Below, piece by piece: positions 11,856 through 24,432 of a DNA stretch of 64,000 bases; the first letter of the stretch is position 1; the number at the start of each line of letters is the position of its first letter. The stretch lies in NCBI RefSeq assembly GCF_006345805.1, contig NC_043009.1, positions 62,558,001-62,622,000 of the forward strand, read 5' to 3'. The translations under genes and the position numbers were made by a program. The notes under the pieces are model-generated. The model did not search any database. It was given only the letters and a program-made list of their open reading frames with translations, and had not been told where the DNA came from. Origin of the DNA: Octopus sinensis. Its lineage: Eukaryota.

Positions 11856-13599
11856 GTAAGTATTCTGTTCCTTTCCAAATTTCAACAGTATACGGCAACC
11901 AGTCATAGACCTTCCAATTATATACACACGCACACTGTTCATTTTATAACATTTTAAATTCCAGTTATATACACCCACTAATCTTTCACATTTCAATTAT
12001 CACGATTCCAGCACCCTCCTCACGTGGCCATATGTCTTTCCGCTTTTAACTAAGCCATTAATTATATAGATATGTGTGTGTGTGTATATATATATATGCC
12101 TTGAGGACCCATCTGGATATCTCATCTCTATTGTCTTATTTGTTTACTGCCCACAAGGGGCTACACACAGAGCGGACAAACATGGACAGACAAATGGATT
12201 AAGTCGATTATATCGACCCCAGTGCGTAACTGGTACTTATTTAATCGTCCCCGAAAGGATGAAAGGCAAAGTCGATCTCGGCGGAATTTGAACTCAGAAC
12301 ATAGCAGCAGACGAAATACCACTAAGCATTTCGCCCGGTGTGCTAACGAATCCACCAGCTCGCCACCAGTATTGTCTGTCCCTTTGCAGTTCCTACTGAT
12401 TATTCTCTCCCTTCCCTGTGGATAACCATGCAGCTCTTCTACAAGAACCTGTTCTATTCCCAACCTTCTCTCATTCTTTTACCCCTGTCCCCCTTGCAGC
12501 TCATAGGTTTACAAGGGCAACATCAGTAGTGCTGCTGACACATAAAAAGCACCCAGTACCACACTGTAAAGTGGTTGGCATGAGGAAGGTTATCCAGCCA
12601 TTGAAACCAGAAACAGACATTGGAGCACAGTGCAGTCCTTGAACCCATCAGATCCTGTCATACCAGCATGGAACATCATCATCATCATCATCATCATTGT
12701 TTAATGTCCGCTAGCATGGGTTGGACGATTTTGACTGAGGGCTGGCAAACCAGATGGCTGCACCAGGCCCCAATCTTGATCTGGCAGTGTTTCTACAGCT
12801 GGATGCCCTTCCTAACGCCAACCACTCCAAGAGTGTAGTGGGTGCTTTTTACATGCCACCGGCACAGAACATGAATGTTAAATGGTGATGTTGATGATGA
12901 TGTATGTATATCTGGTTATTAGGTTGATATATAGGACTATTGATTACATAGTCAGGAGTCCAAATGTTACTTCAGTTCTCCATACTTTGTGTCACGGCTC
13001 TTGGCAAGATTATTTTATTCTGCTTGCTTTATTTTGCCAGATTGGCAACGAGTACTTCCACTTTACAAGTAGTTTGTTGTACAAGGGGGATCTTGAATAA
13101 AAAAAAAGCATTGCTTCAACAATATGAAATATCCAAACTTGCATGAAATGTTTCTGGCTGTGGGGAAAATATTAGCTTGCTTGAAAACAAGTAAGGTTTG
13201 ATGACAGGAAAGGCACCCAATTGCAGATAATCTGCCCCGATAAGCTTCATCCAACCCATGCAAGCATGGAAAAGAGGATGTTAAAATAATGATAATAATT
13301 CTTTAGTTACCTCTAAGTTTACCTTGATTCGTATGTCCCCATCTTGACTTTACACACTTTCAATTATTCAAAGACCACATGAGTTTCATGGAGGACAACA
13401 AACATCATGGGTGTCATCGCATGATGACACCCTCTGACTTCAATGAACAAATAAATAAAAAATATATATATAATTTTCCCCCCCACCTCTCCATTACTTG
13501 TTTCCAGAGTTGACCCTCGCTCCTCACTCTGCCACCACTTGTCTCAAATATCTACTTGGTCAGATATGTCTAACATATATTTTATGTCTATGGTCACAG

Positions 13600-13698
13600 G
13601 ACAACTGGACAGTTCTTATGTATGCAGCTAAAGAAGGACATCAAGAAATTGTGATAGAACTCTTGGAGAAACATGCCGTTGTTGACCACAGAGATTTG
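13600..13698 (+). CDS. KIDINS220: KIDINS220 exon 3 (ankyrin repeat)
   Basis: cag|DNWTVLMYAAKEGHQEIVIELLEKHAVVDHRDL|gtaagt; 99 nt. Confidence 0.95.
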
Positions 13699-14421
13699 GT
13701 AAGTTCTTGTATTTAGCACCAGATTAATTCTCTTTGAGTCTACCTGTGATCAGAGTTGTTTCAACTGCAATCATCATGTCTTTTATAAATGCAATGTATA
13801 AAGGATTATATTATCTAATGTATGGTGGTTATAACTGTTGTTGTTGTCGTTGTTGTTGTTGTTGCTGCTGTTGTTGTTGTTAAGCAACAAGATGGGTAAG
13901 GATGATTTAGGTGATGGTCTAGGGCTTAGGGGCGGGAGACTCCAGACCTTGGGGAAAAAAAAATTTGGTCGTCTTGTTGTAGTCGAGGACTCTTCATTGA
14001 CGCCCGACACCACTGGGGGGGGGGGCGAGAATGTGATCGATAAAGCCGTGGGAATGTGCATTTGTACATGCAAGTACATCATCTGTTGCGATCGATACTA
14101 CGCATATGCGAGAAAAATCCATGTGCAGTTTGCGCAAAAAAGGCGGTTGGCTTGAAATAATGCCACAAAATGGGACGGTCAGACAAGTTGTTTTGAGAAA
14201 ATTTGGTTTAAATGTTTGACAACTCAGCATCGTCCATTGGATGGGGGTGGACGTTTTGCTCATTACATTATGTAATCAAACATCACAACGAAAACATTTT
14301 GACTAAAAGACATAATTTTAAAATGTGTTAAGCCATATAATTTCCATTATATTATCAATTCAAAATGTCTGTGACATAACAGAAATTGTGGAGTGACAGA
14401 ATATATGTCTTATAGTTTTTA

Positions 14422-14719
14422 CTAGCAGTATCACCTGGCGTTGCTCAGGTTTGTAAGGGAAATGACTATATAAGCATTTTTAGAGAGTTACTTCCCTTAT
14501 ATAACCCAAGCAAAAATCATTAAAAATGCGGAAAATTGATGGTAAATTTTTTTTTAAATCGTAGACACGCACTAATACCCAGAAGGGCTCGATATGAATG
14601 ACGACTATAAGATACCCGCTTTTGGTTAAACTGCACTGCAAAATGTGGGAGTAGTTAGGAATCTAAATCGGAGGAGACAGAGTCTCACACACACACAACT
14701 TCAATTTTATATATCAAGA
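14422..14719 (-). mobile_element. Non-autonomous Helitron, related subfamily
   Basis: Minus strand A|TCTTGATATATAAAATTGAAGTTG...CCTGAGCAACGCCAGGTGATACTGCTAG|T; internal sequence differs from the other two. Confidence 0.8.
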
Positions 14720-14895
14720 TATTTCACATTTCGACATTCTGAGTTCAATTTCTATAATCAATGTTGCTTTTCATTTTCACCATAATTAGCTCAATCCTCT
14801 CTTCTGTCCATTTTCACTGGTTTTTAATCAAGATTAGTCTCCTAAATCACAACAAAGTGAATGTATGCTGATATATTGTCTCTGTTCTCGTTTAG

Positions 14896-14994
14896 TGTGG
14901 TTGGACTGCTCTGATGTGGGCCTGCTATCTTGGTCATCATAATATAGTGAAAGAACTTCTACAGAAAAATGCCAGTTGTAATATTAAAGCTGAG
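14896..14994 (+). CDS. KIDINS220: KIDINS220 exon 4 (ankyrin repeat)
   Basis: tag|CGWTALMWACYLGHHNIVKELLQKNASCNIKAE|gtaaga; 99 nt. Confidence 0.95.
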
Positions 14995-15287
14995 GTAAGA
15001 TTTCATTTTAGTTTCAGTGCGAACCTTTTTTTTTGGTTTTGTTTTGTTTTTTATCATCTTTTTGGTTGCTTTTCAATTAAATTAATAATTAGCTTTTCGG
15101 AGATGTACTTGCATAGCAAGTGACCTGATCTAAGATCGTGTGCTGGAACGAAAACAATTGCAGCAGGGAAGGTGTTTATAAGCCATACAAAAACCGTTAG
15201 TTGCTACTGTTTAACTCCAGATCAGCTCTGAGAGGATCCAATTGTGCTTGCTGTTGTCTACCATCATTTTTTTCTCTCTACAGCCAA

Positions 15288-15318
<31 letters not shown>

Positions 15319-15540
15319 CTCTCTGACCATTGCCTCTAGTTACCACCCTGCACTTCTTCTCTCTTTCTCTCTCTTCTATCATCTTCTAACCTCAATCACT
15401 CTTAAGAAACCAAGCCAAAGATGGAACCTATATGCGAGATATGGTTCTCTGTGTCACCTGTCTAAGAGGACAGTAGCTTTCAATGAGGACTGATACACAT
15501 TATGACCGTCATCCAGTCTATACCTGTATGAAAGGCTAAA

Positions 15541-15932
15541 TCTCTCTATATATAAAGCTGAAGTTGTCTGTGTATGGCAGGTTTGGTAGCCTTCAACTAA
15601 CACTATCTCCTCCGAGACCCTGCGGCGCAAGTTCACCAAAATTGAGAGTATGATAGAAGAAGGCTTGCTCTTCCTTCCGTAGAAGATAAAATTGGAATCA
15701 GACCATGTTAACACCAAAAATTATTTACATCAAAAAGGTGCTTTTTTTCTATGAAAATCCCTATTTTTAATGATTTTTTGACTGCTGTGTCACCATTTTT
15801 CAGTGTATTTCAACCAGAGAAATGTTCACTTAAAGAGAATAACAAGCTACATAATGCAAAATTTTTACTTTTCGAAAATTCCTATTCTAAAGGGTCAAAA
15901 CAAACCCAAGCAACGCTGGGCGATACTGCTAG
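15541..15932 (+). mobile_element. Non-autonomous Helitron (same family as 2156)
   Basis: A|TCTCTCTATATATAAAGCTGAAG...CCCAAGCAACGCTGGGCGATACTGCTAG|T. Confidence 0.85.
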
Positions 15933-16229
15933 TAATAATAATAATGATGATACTTACAAACACACACACACACACACACACACACTGCTGTTGTATCTGT
16001 TACCTCTTCCAGTATCCACACATGTATGTATAAGAACAGATACGTATGTGCATAAGCATAATCACGTGTTTACATACACACACACACACACACGACAAAT
16101 TACTGTAACAGTAAAAAGAAATTAAAAAGAACAATACAATAAATTTACTGCAGAAACTTTCATTTCTGTATTTTAACCACTGTATCCATGGTAACCTTTA
16201 TATCTATTTTCGCATTATTCTAATTACAG

Positions 16230-16328
16230 TATAATATGACGTGCCTTGCATGGAGTTCTGGGAGAGGCTACTCAGAGATCGTCTCTGATTTATTACACCA
16301 TGGTGCTAAAGTTAATGCCACAGACAAG
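16230..16328 (+). CDS. KIDINS220: KIDINS220 exon 5 (ankyrin repeat)
   Basis: cag|YNMTCLAWSSGRGYSEIVSDLLHHGAKVNATDK|gtaatc; 99 nt. Confidence 0.95.
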
Positions 16329-16384
16329 GTAATCTCTGTCTTTTCTCACTTTCTTGTTGGTTTTTTTATTATTATTTAGGACAG

Positions 16385-16620
16385 TAAGGTGATGAGCTGG
16401 CAGAATCGTTAGCACGCCGGGCGAAATGCGTAGCGGTATTTCGTCTGCCGCTATGCTCTGAGTTCAAATTCCGCCGAGGTCAACTTTGCCTTTCATCCTT
16501 TCGGGGTCGATAAATTAAGTACCAGTTACGCACTGGGGTCAATATAATCAACTTAATCCGTTTGTCTGTCCTTGTTTGTCCTCTCTGTGTTTAACCCCTT
16601 GTGGGCAATGAAGAAATAAG
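16385..16620 (+). mobile_element. tRNA-derived SINE family B (representative copy)
   Basis: GAGCTGGCAGAATCGTTAGC...GAGTTCAAATTCC...CCTTTCGGGGTCGAT...CCCCTTGTGGGCAAT. Other copies at ~12110(-), 18700, 20645, 31595, 31823, 34465(-), a 37490-38750 cluster, 38970(-), 51368, 52455(-). Confidence 0.85.
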
Positions 16621-18327
16621 AATCGTTAGTGCATCAAACAAAATGCCTTGTGGTATTTCATCTGTCTTTGTGTTCTGAGTTCAAACTCCACCGAGGTCGA
16701 CTTGGCCTTTCATCCTTACAGGGTCAATAAAATAAGGATCAAGTGAGCACTCGGGTTGATGTAATCAACTTAAACCCTCCCTTGAAATTGCTGGCTTTGT
16801 GCCAAAATTTGAAATCATCAATTGTTAGGCCTCATGGAGACAAAGTGACCAAGTTCCTTTTGAGTGTTGGGCCTCACAGAGGCAATGACCAAGACCTTTG
16901 GCATTATGTTGTGCTTGAGAAGAAGACCCTTCAAGATGAGCAAAATTGCAGTTGTAGCAGATACTGGTGTCACACAAATGGCACCTGTGCCAATGGTACA
17001 TAAAAGCACCCATTACACTCTCAGAGTGGTTAGGAAGGGTATCCAGCATAGAAAACCATGTCAAATCAGACTGGAGCCTGGCACAGCCTTCCAGCATGCC
17101 AGCCTAGTCAAACCGTCCAACGTCGACAATGGATGTTAAATAAGGATGATGATGATATTTAGAATGGTAAGGCATGAAGCTGGCAGAATCATTAGTGCAT
17201 CAAACGAAATGCTTAGTGGAATTTCTTTTGCCACTTTTTTTATTCTGAGGTCAAATCCCACTTAGGTCAGCTTTTACCTTTTGTCTTTTCGGGAGTGTGG
17301 TAGGAGAGTGATGTAATCAACTTGGGTCCCTCTCTTCAAATTGCTGGCCTTGTGCCAAGATTAGGAAGTGGTTAGCAGAATCATTAGAGTACCAACCAAA
17401 GTACCTTGCTGTATTTAATTATGTCTTTTTAGACTGAGTTCAAATCCCACCACAGTCAACTTACCCTTGCAGTCAATAAAATAAAGTACCAGTTAAATAC
17501 TGGGGTCGATATAACCACCTGTCCCTTCTCCAAAATCTGTAGCAAACAGTACAAACAACACCCGAAGGAAATTCATTTCTTGGGTGCCAGAATGGCTGTG
17601 TTGTTAAGAAGCTTGTTCTGTAACCATGTTGTTTCAGGTTCAATCCCATTGTGCAGCAGCTGAGGCAAATGTCTTCTACTATAGCCCCAGGCTGACCAGT
17701 GCCTTGTGAGTGGATTTTGTAGTGCCAATGCATGAAACTCTTGGACCTTTAATCATTTTGTAATTTTTGTTGATTAATAATAAAGAAAATGTTTATACAG
17801 GTATGACTGTGTGGTAATAAGCTTTCTTCCCAACCACATGGCTCCGGGTTCAATCCCACTGCATAGCACCTTGGGTAGGTGTCTTCTACTATAGCCTCAG
17901 ACTGACCAAAGCCTTGTGAGTGGATTTGGTACGTGGAAACTGAAAGAAGCCTGTCATATATATTTATATGTGTGCGTGTCTTTTTGTCTGTGTTTATGTC
18001 CCTGTAACTTAGTGGTTCGGCAAAGGTGACCAATAGAATAAATACCAGGCTTAAAAAAAAAAACAAGTACTTGATACAATTCATTTGACTAAAACTTCTT
18101 CAAGGCAGTGCCCCAGCATGGCCACAGTCTAATGACTGGAACAAGTAAAAGATAAAAGATACGAGATGCTTGTGTTTTGAGTTCTATTTTCCTGTTTGTA
18201 TCCCCAAACCTTAATATCTTTTGTATATCCTCTGCATATCCTCTGTATATCCTCTGCATATGGTTGTCATATGTTGTTTGCTTGTTGTTGTTTCTCTGCT
18301 GCTTCACGGCTTTCATTGTCTTTCCAG

Positions 18328-18426
18328 TATGGAACAACACCATTGGTGTGGGGAGCTCGTAAAGGTTATCTGAACATTGTTGAAAAATTATTGGACCATG
18401 GAGCTGATGTGGATATCTCAGGAATG
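18328..18426 (+). CDS. KIDINS220: KIDINS220 exon 6 (ankyrin repeat)
   Basis: cag|YGTTPLVWGARKGYLNIVEKLLDHGADVDISGM|gtaagt; 99 nt. Confidence 0.95.
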
Positions 18427-19604
18427 GTAAGTCAGTGCCTGGCATTTATTGACATTGTATATATTCAGCTTAGGGATGGGTTGCTTGGTTGATTAATTTG
18501 ATAGATGGATAAAATGCAAGGCATGTGTGTGTGTGTATATATATATTCTGCTAGGAGTTGGTGTTAGGAGGGTATCCAGTTGTAAGACTCCTGCTAAAAC
18601 AGTCACAGAAATCTGGTGCAAGCTTCTGCCTGGCCAGCTCCTATCAAACCATCCCAGCCATGCCAGCATGGAAGGCAGATGCTAAATGATGATGATGAAG
18701 GGCAGTGAGCTAGCAGAATCATTGCATGCCGGGCAAAATGCTTAGTGGTATTTCGTCTGCCACTATGTTCTGAGTTCAAATTCTGCCAAGGTTGACTTTG
18801 CCTTTCATCCTTTCGGGGTCAATTAAATAAGTACCAGTTACGCACTGGGGTCGATGTAATCAACTTAACCCCTTTGTCTGTCCTTGTTTAGCCCCTTGTG
18901 GGCAATAAAGAAATAGATATATATATATATGTCTGGAGTGAAGGATGTTGTCAAAGAATACCACCACGCAAAGCTATGTTGGGCCAGTTATGTCGCAAGG
19001 TCCACAGACAATCGGTGGACCCATGCATTTGTTGAACGGAAGAGACCACTTGGAACACCTCCAGTCAGGTGGGAAGAGGATTTAAGAAAAATGTTTGGAA
19101 CAACATGAAGGAGAATGAAGCAAATGCTGTGGCCAGTGGAGCCAACTCAGCACCAGGCAGCCTGGCTGATCCAGGTGATTCAGGTGGTATATATATATGC
19201 GTGTGTGTATGTATAGGTGCAGGAATGGCTGTGTGGTAAGACGTTTGCTTCCCAACCACATGGCTCTGGGTTCAGTCCCACTGCTTGGCACTTTGGGCAA
19301 AGGCCTTCTACTATAGCCTCAGACCAACCAAAGCCTTGTGAGTGAACTTGGTAGAGGGAAACTGAAAAAATCCCATCATGTGAATAAAGTACTGTATGAA
19401 TCAGCTGAAATTGCAAAGATAATCTGGTACTCAACTGAGGAAAGAAAACTCCGAATGACCCATCCTTGTTTTCTTTGTATCGTTTGTCTGGATGTTTTGT
19501 TGTCCCATTTTTGTATCACCTAACTATCTGGATGTTTTGCGATCTTGTCCCATTTTGTTTATATATATATATCATTATCATAATGTTCGTCATTTTTATT
19601 GTAG

Positions 19605-19703
19605 AATTCATGGACAGCCTTACTTGTTGCTACTCGTGGTGGTTACACAGAAATTGTGCACAAATTAATTGAGAGAGACCCCCATGTTAATGCAGTTGAT
19701 AAA
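19605..19703 (+). CDS. KIDINS220: KIDINS220 exon 7 (ankyrin repeat)
   Basis: tag|[33 protein letters not shown]|gtaagg; 99 nt. Confidence 0.95.
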
Positions 19704-20823
19704 GTAAGGAAAGATTTTTTTTTTCTTTTGACATTTTAAAAATAATTTCTCTAAAGTCTTAATCATTTTATTTTTTTAATCACCTTCAACTCTTTAGTTT
19801 AACCACATTCAAAGTTAATTTACATGCTTAGAGGAAAATATGATTGTTGTTTGGAGAAGAGGGATAAATAGGAGCATGTTTCAGTCTATTAGCCATCATC
19901 AGTGTAGTATATCTACTGAAGCTCATTTAAGCAATTAACAAAGATTTTTTACGGGTATGGATGTGTGATTGGGAGCCTGATGCAGCCCTGAGGCTTGTCA
20001 GATCCTGTCAAACTGTCCAACCCATGCCAGCATGGAAAATTAATATCAAATGATGAGGGTGAGCCACATGACTTTTGGGGTTCAGTCCCACTATACAGCA
20101 TCTTGGGCAAGTGTCTTGTACTATAGCCCCAGGCCAGCCAAAGCCTGTGAGTGGATTTGGTAGATAAAAAGTGAAAGAAGCTTGTCTTGTGTGTATGTGT
20201 GTCTCTGTGTGTGTGCATGCATGTATGTTTGCATGTATGTGTGCCTGTGTGTGTGCATGTGTATGTGTACCTCTGTGTGTATATGCACCTTTGTGTGTGT
20301 GTGTGTACATGTGTGCATGTGTATGTGTGCCTCTGCATGTGTATGTGTGCCTTTGTTTGTGCCTGTCCGTGTATACATTTATTTGGAAAGAACAGAGACC
20401 AATGGAATAAGTATCATGCTTACAAACAAGTGTTTGGGGTGTTGGTCTGTTTGGCTAAAATTCTTCAAGACAGTGCTCCAGCATGGCCACAGTCCAGTGA
20501 CCAAAACAAGTAAGAGATCAAGGATGAAATTAACTGATTCTTTTGAGTTATTTCCTTTAGTTTGTTTTTATTATTATTATTATTATTATCATCATCATCA
20601 TCATCATCGTCATCATCATTATTATTATTATTATTATTATTATTAAGGCTGCGAGCTGGCAGAATCGTTAGTACGCTAGATAAAATGCTTAGTGGTATTT
20701 CGCCCATTGGTACGTTCTCAATTCAAAAGTACCAGTTAAACACTGGGGTTGATGTAATTTACTCATCCCCCCCTGCCCTCAAAATTGCTGCCCTTGTGAC
20801 AAAATTTGAAACCATTATTATTG

Positions 20824-20861
<38 letters not shown>

Positions 20862-20942
20862 TAGTGGCCAAAAAATATTTATAAACTCTTTTTCTATATT
20901 AAAAATGTTTGTCAACCAGCAAGGTGGCATTCAGTAGACTGT

Positions 20943-20984
20943 ACTATGCTGATGAGATTAAATAGGCTGAAACAGATACATAGT
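20943..20984 (+). ncRNA. Minimal hammerhead-like motif (stems II/III damaged)
   Basis: Perfect stem I ACTATG/CATAGT enclosing CTGATGA...GAAAC; paralogue of 21346. Confidence 0.6.
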
Positions 20985-21345
20985 TGTCCCTTGATTGCAA
21001 GTAAATTTAAAGGAAGGTTTACCAATAGACTTTCCTTTAAATTAACTTTGAAAGGTTACTTCCTTGAAATTATCTCCCTTTACTTTGAAGTGTGCTCACC
21101 ATCGCTGCTAGGTTTGTTTGTCTTCTTTCTCTAATTAAGAGCGGGATTTAAATAATTAAGAATTTTTGACATACATCATTTTGTACGTCAACCCTTAACT
21201 TACCCAAATTTATGGCATTGATTCATTTAACTTATTCTATTTCTCTTTAATTATGCAGATTACACTGGCCCAAAATTATTCATAACTCTTTTTCTATTTA
21301 TAAAAATCTTTTTCGTATGATCAAACACATGTAAGAGTAGACTAT

Positions 21346-21387
21346 AGTCTGCTGATGAGGTCTAATAGACTGAAACATGTCCTTGGT
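21346..21387 (+). ncRNA. Minimal hammerhead-like motif (stem I damaged)
   Basis: CTGATGA-GGTCT-aat-AGACT-GAAACATGT-C: canonical core, stem II, palindromic stem III and GUC. Confidence 0.7.
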
Positions 21388-21863
21388 TGTCCCCTACCTG
21401 CATGGCAAGGATCTGATATTCTCCTTTTCATCTGATCTTTGAAGAAACAAATTGAACCAATTTATTTTCTCCTCTGCATGTAAATTGATTGAGAAATTAA
21501 TTAATTCCTTAGTAGCATTTCTTCCAGCTCTGTACGTTTCTGAGTTCAAATTCCACTCATGTCAACTTTGCCTCTCACCTTTTCAGGGCCAGTAAAATAA
21601 GTACCAATTAAGTACTGGGGTCGATTACATCAACCCCAAAAGTAGAAAAATATATTTAATTGTCATAAAAGTCTTGGTTTATATTTTTAAGATGTTGTGA
21701 GGGTCAGAAATTATATAAATTGTTTCTTGTTTGTTTTCCGTAAACAGAAATCAGTTAACAATTTTGTTCATGTTTTGTTGTGTTTTGTTTTGCTATTTTT
21801 CATTTAATTTTTCATTAAATTCTATGAATAACCAATGCTATTTGTCTGCTTTGTTTCCTTTAG

Positions 21864-21962
21864 GATGGTTTCACAGCCCTTGCTATCAGTGCCAAAGAAG
21901 GTTACACTGAAATCTCGCAGGCTCTTCTAGCCAAAGGAGCTTATGTTAACATCGTTGATAAA
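21864..21962 (+). CDS. KIDINS220: KIDINS220 exon 8 (ankyrin repeat)
   Basis: tag|DGFTALAISAKEGYTEISQALLAKGAYVNIVDK|gttagt; 99 nt. Confidence 0.95.
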
Positions 21963-22142
21963 GTTAGTCACATTTTCACTATTTTACTCTTAATATTTCC
22001 AATATTTTGTGAAGTTTTTTGTTGTTGTTTGTTGATGTCTATCACTACTAGAAAATATAATTATAGATAATAACTATATATTGATTTTAGGAAGGCATTC
22101 AACCATAAAAACCCTGCCAAAATAGACAGTGGAGCCTAGTGC

Positions 22143-22340
22143 AGTCTTCTGCCTAGCCAGCCACTGTCTCCTACCTAGCCAAACCCTGTCTTCTGCCTAG
22201 CGAGCCCCTGTCTTCTGCCTAGCCAGCCTCAGTCTTCTGCCTAGCCGGCCCCTGTCTTCTGCCTAGCCAGCCCCTGTCTTCTACCTAGCCGGCCCCTGTC
22301 TTCTACCTATCTGGCCCCTGTCTTCTGCCTAGCTAGATCC
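22143..22340. repeat. 22-bp minisatellite, 9 copies
   Basis: Unit TGTCTTCTGCCTAGCCAGCCCC. Confidence 0.92.
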
Positions 22341-23550
22341 TGGAAAATGGACGTCAAATAACAATGATGACGATGATGACGGGCATGGCTGGTAGGCATA
22401 GACGTGGTTGTATGGATATAAAGTTTGCTTCCCATGCACATTGTTTCAAGTTCAGTCCTACTACATAGCACCTTGAACAAATGTCTTCTACTACAAGCCT
22501 GGATCAACTAAAGCATTGTGAGTAGGTTTAGTAGATGGCAACTGAGCGAAGCCCATTGTGTGGGTGTGTGTACTCGTGTCCTGGCATCACATGATGGGGA
22601 AATATTATCTTGCAGGCAGTGATGAAAACTAATCAGAGGAGGCTGAACTTCACAAAGAAGGTAATCAGATAACTACAAGCATCAAGATGCTATCCTGAAG
22701 AAGACCTATCCTGCCCAGGCAAGCATGGAAAAACAGGCATAAAATGTTCATAAAAGTTGTGTGGATATAGATAGATAGATATTGATTGATACAGGGATGG
22801 AGACTTACATACAGGACTTTAAGTTTCTCTTTCAACAATTTTGATGATTGTTGCTCATTTTCAGCTATACTTGATTGTGCCACACGCACTGGACTTGCAC
22901 AGCTGATATTGAGGTCTACTTCCGTTGTCATCACCACATGGTTTGCTAGTATGTATATCATCATCATCATCATCCAGTGTTTTAAATCCAGGTTTTATCC
23001 CCGTTAATGGGGGTGGCTGGATCTACCTCAATGCCATAGCAACTGAGGTAGGCAGGTGCAGCCCACCCCAAACTTTCGGCTGGCTGGCACCCATACTCCT
23101 TTGCTATCATGAGGCATTTTTGGAGCTGGATTTTCTACAGAGGCATGCCCTTGTTTACTCCCAACCTCAGTTTCTAGACATGAATGGTCCAGAGACCAAG
23201 GCCTCTACCATGATTTTTAAGAAATGTGGTGGAAAACTAGCTCAGGAAGGTGGGGACGCTACTCCCTGAGACCCCTTTTGGAGCCCACACACACTGTCTT
23301 ATGATGTGAGGTGATGGTGATATATAGTTTGGTAGAGGAAGACCAAAGGAATAAATGGCAATGTTTCATTCCATTCTGGGAACTGATAAGATGACAAAGG
23401 ATTGAAAAGGTTAATATGTTGTATTACATGAAATCCAGTCTAACTAATAGACGTAGATATAATTTTACGATGATAAATGTATAATTAGACTTGAGTTTAT
23501 ATTGGTTAAATATTTCTGTCATTTTCTGTAATCCTTAAAAAAAACTTAAT

Positions 23551-23755
23551 CCCTTTAGCATTTAAACCAATCATATCGGGTCCAAACATTCTTCTTCTTT
23601 TATATTCAAACCAGTGAATTCCAGCCTCTCACACCTACCCTACAATGTCATTCTCAAAATAACAATCACATCATCAAAGTCTCAAAGCTACAAGATAATG
23701 CATGATTAATTTAAAACAATGTTAATGAATAATTATTCATCTGAATTCTAAAAGG
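23551..23755 (+). mobile_element. piggyBac-type MITE (family P2)
   Basis: TTAA(T)CCCTTTAGCATT...AATTCTAAAAGG|TTAA; partial relatives at ~8070 and ~36960-37045. Confidence 0.7.
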
Positions 23756-23811
23756 TTAAACCATACCAAAGAAAAATCCAAATTTCAACAAACTTCCTAA
23801 AATATCTTTAA

Positions 23812-24275
23812 CCTTTTTGTTACCATATTCTTTTGAGATGCTCTGTGTTTCGTCCAATTACTTTAAATATAACAAAGAATTTAGTAAAATAACTTAGTTA
23901 TCATTCAGCTAGTGTTAGGAACATAAATTGTGACTAAGGCTTGGTGGAAGATTTTAATTCAGAACTTTTGAAAACAAGACATTTGTACTACAGAGCTGTT
24001 TCAGCTGGGTTGGTATCAAAAGGGTTAAGAATGGTTTCTCTATTATATATTTTAACCCTTTTGTTACCATATTTCTGTTGAGATGCTCTGTGTTTCTTTC
24101 AATTAATTTTAAATATAACAAAGAATTTAGTAAAATAACTTAGTTATCATTAAGCAAGTGTTAGGAACATAAATTGTGACTAAGGTTTGGTGAAAGATTT
24201 TAATTCAGAAGTTGGAAACAAGACATTTGTACTACAGAGCCAGAGGCGGTTTCAGCCGGGTTGGTATCAAAAGGG
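23812..24275 (+). mobile_element. Tandem pair of piggyBac-type MITEs (family P1)
   Basis: Units 23812-24024 and 24056-24275, TTAA-flanked, with the same 23-nt spacer as at 10284. Confidence 0.85.
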
Positions 24276-24333
24276 TTAAAGAATTGTCTGATATTGTTGT
24301 TTCTATTTTTTCTTCTTTTTTTTTTCTGTCCAG

Positions 24334-24432
24334 GCGAGTGATACAATATTGATTCATGCTGTGAAAGGAGGTCACGTTGATATCGTCAAGGCCTTGCTTG
24401 GTAAACATGCTGATGTAGATATTGCTGGTTCG
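24334..24432 (+). CDS. KIDINS220: KIDINS220 exon 9 (ankyrin repeat)
   Basis: cag|[33 protein letters not shown]|gtgagt; 99 nt. Confidence 0.95.

Noticed and set aside
13838-14155. 105-aa ORF with a hydrophobic N-terminus resembling a signal peptide
   Set aside because: The hydrophobic run is a (GTT/GCT)n microsatellite; there is no splice or homology support.
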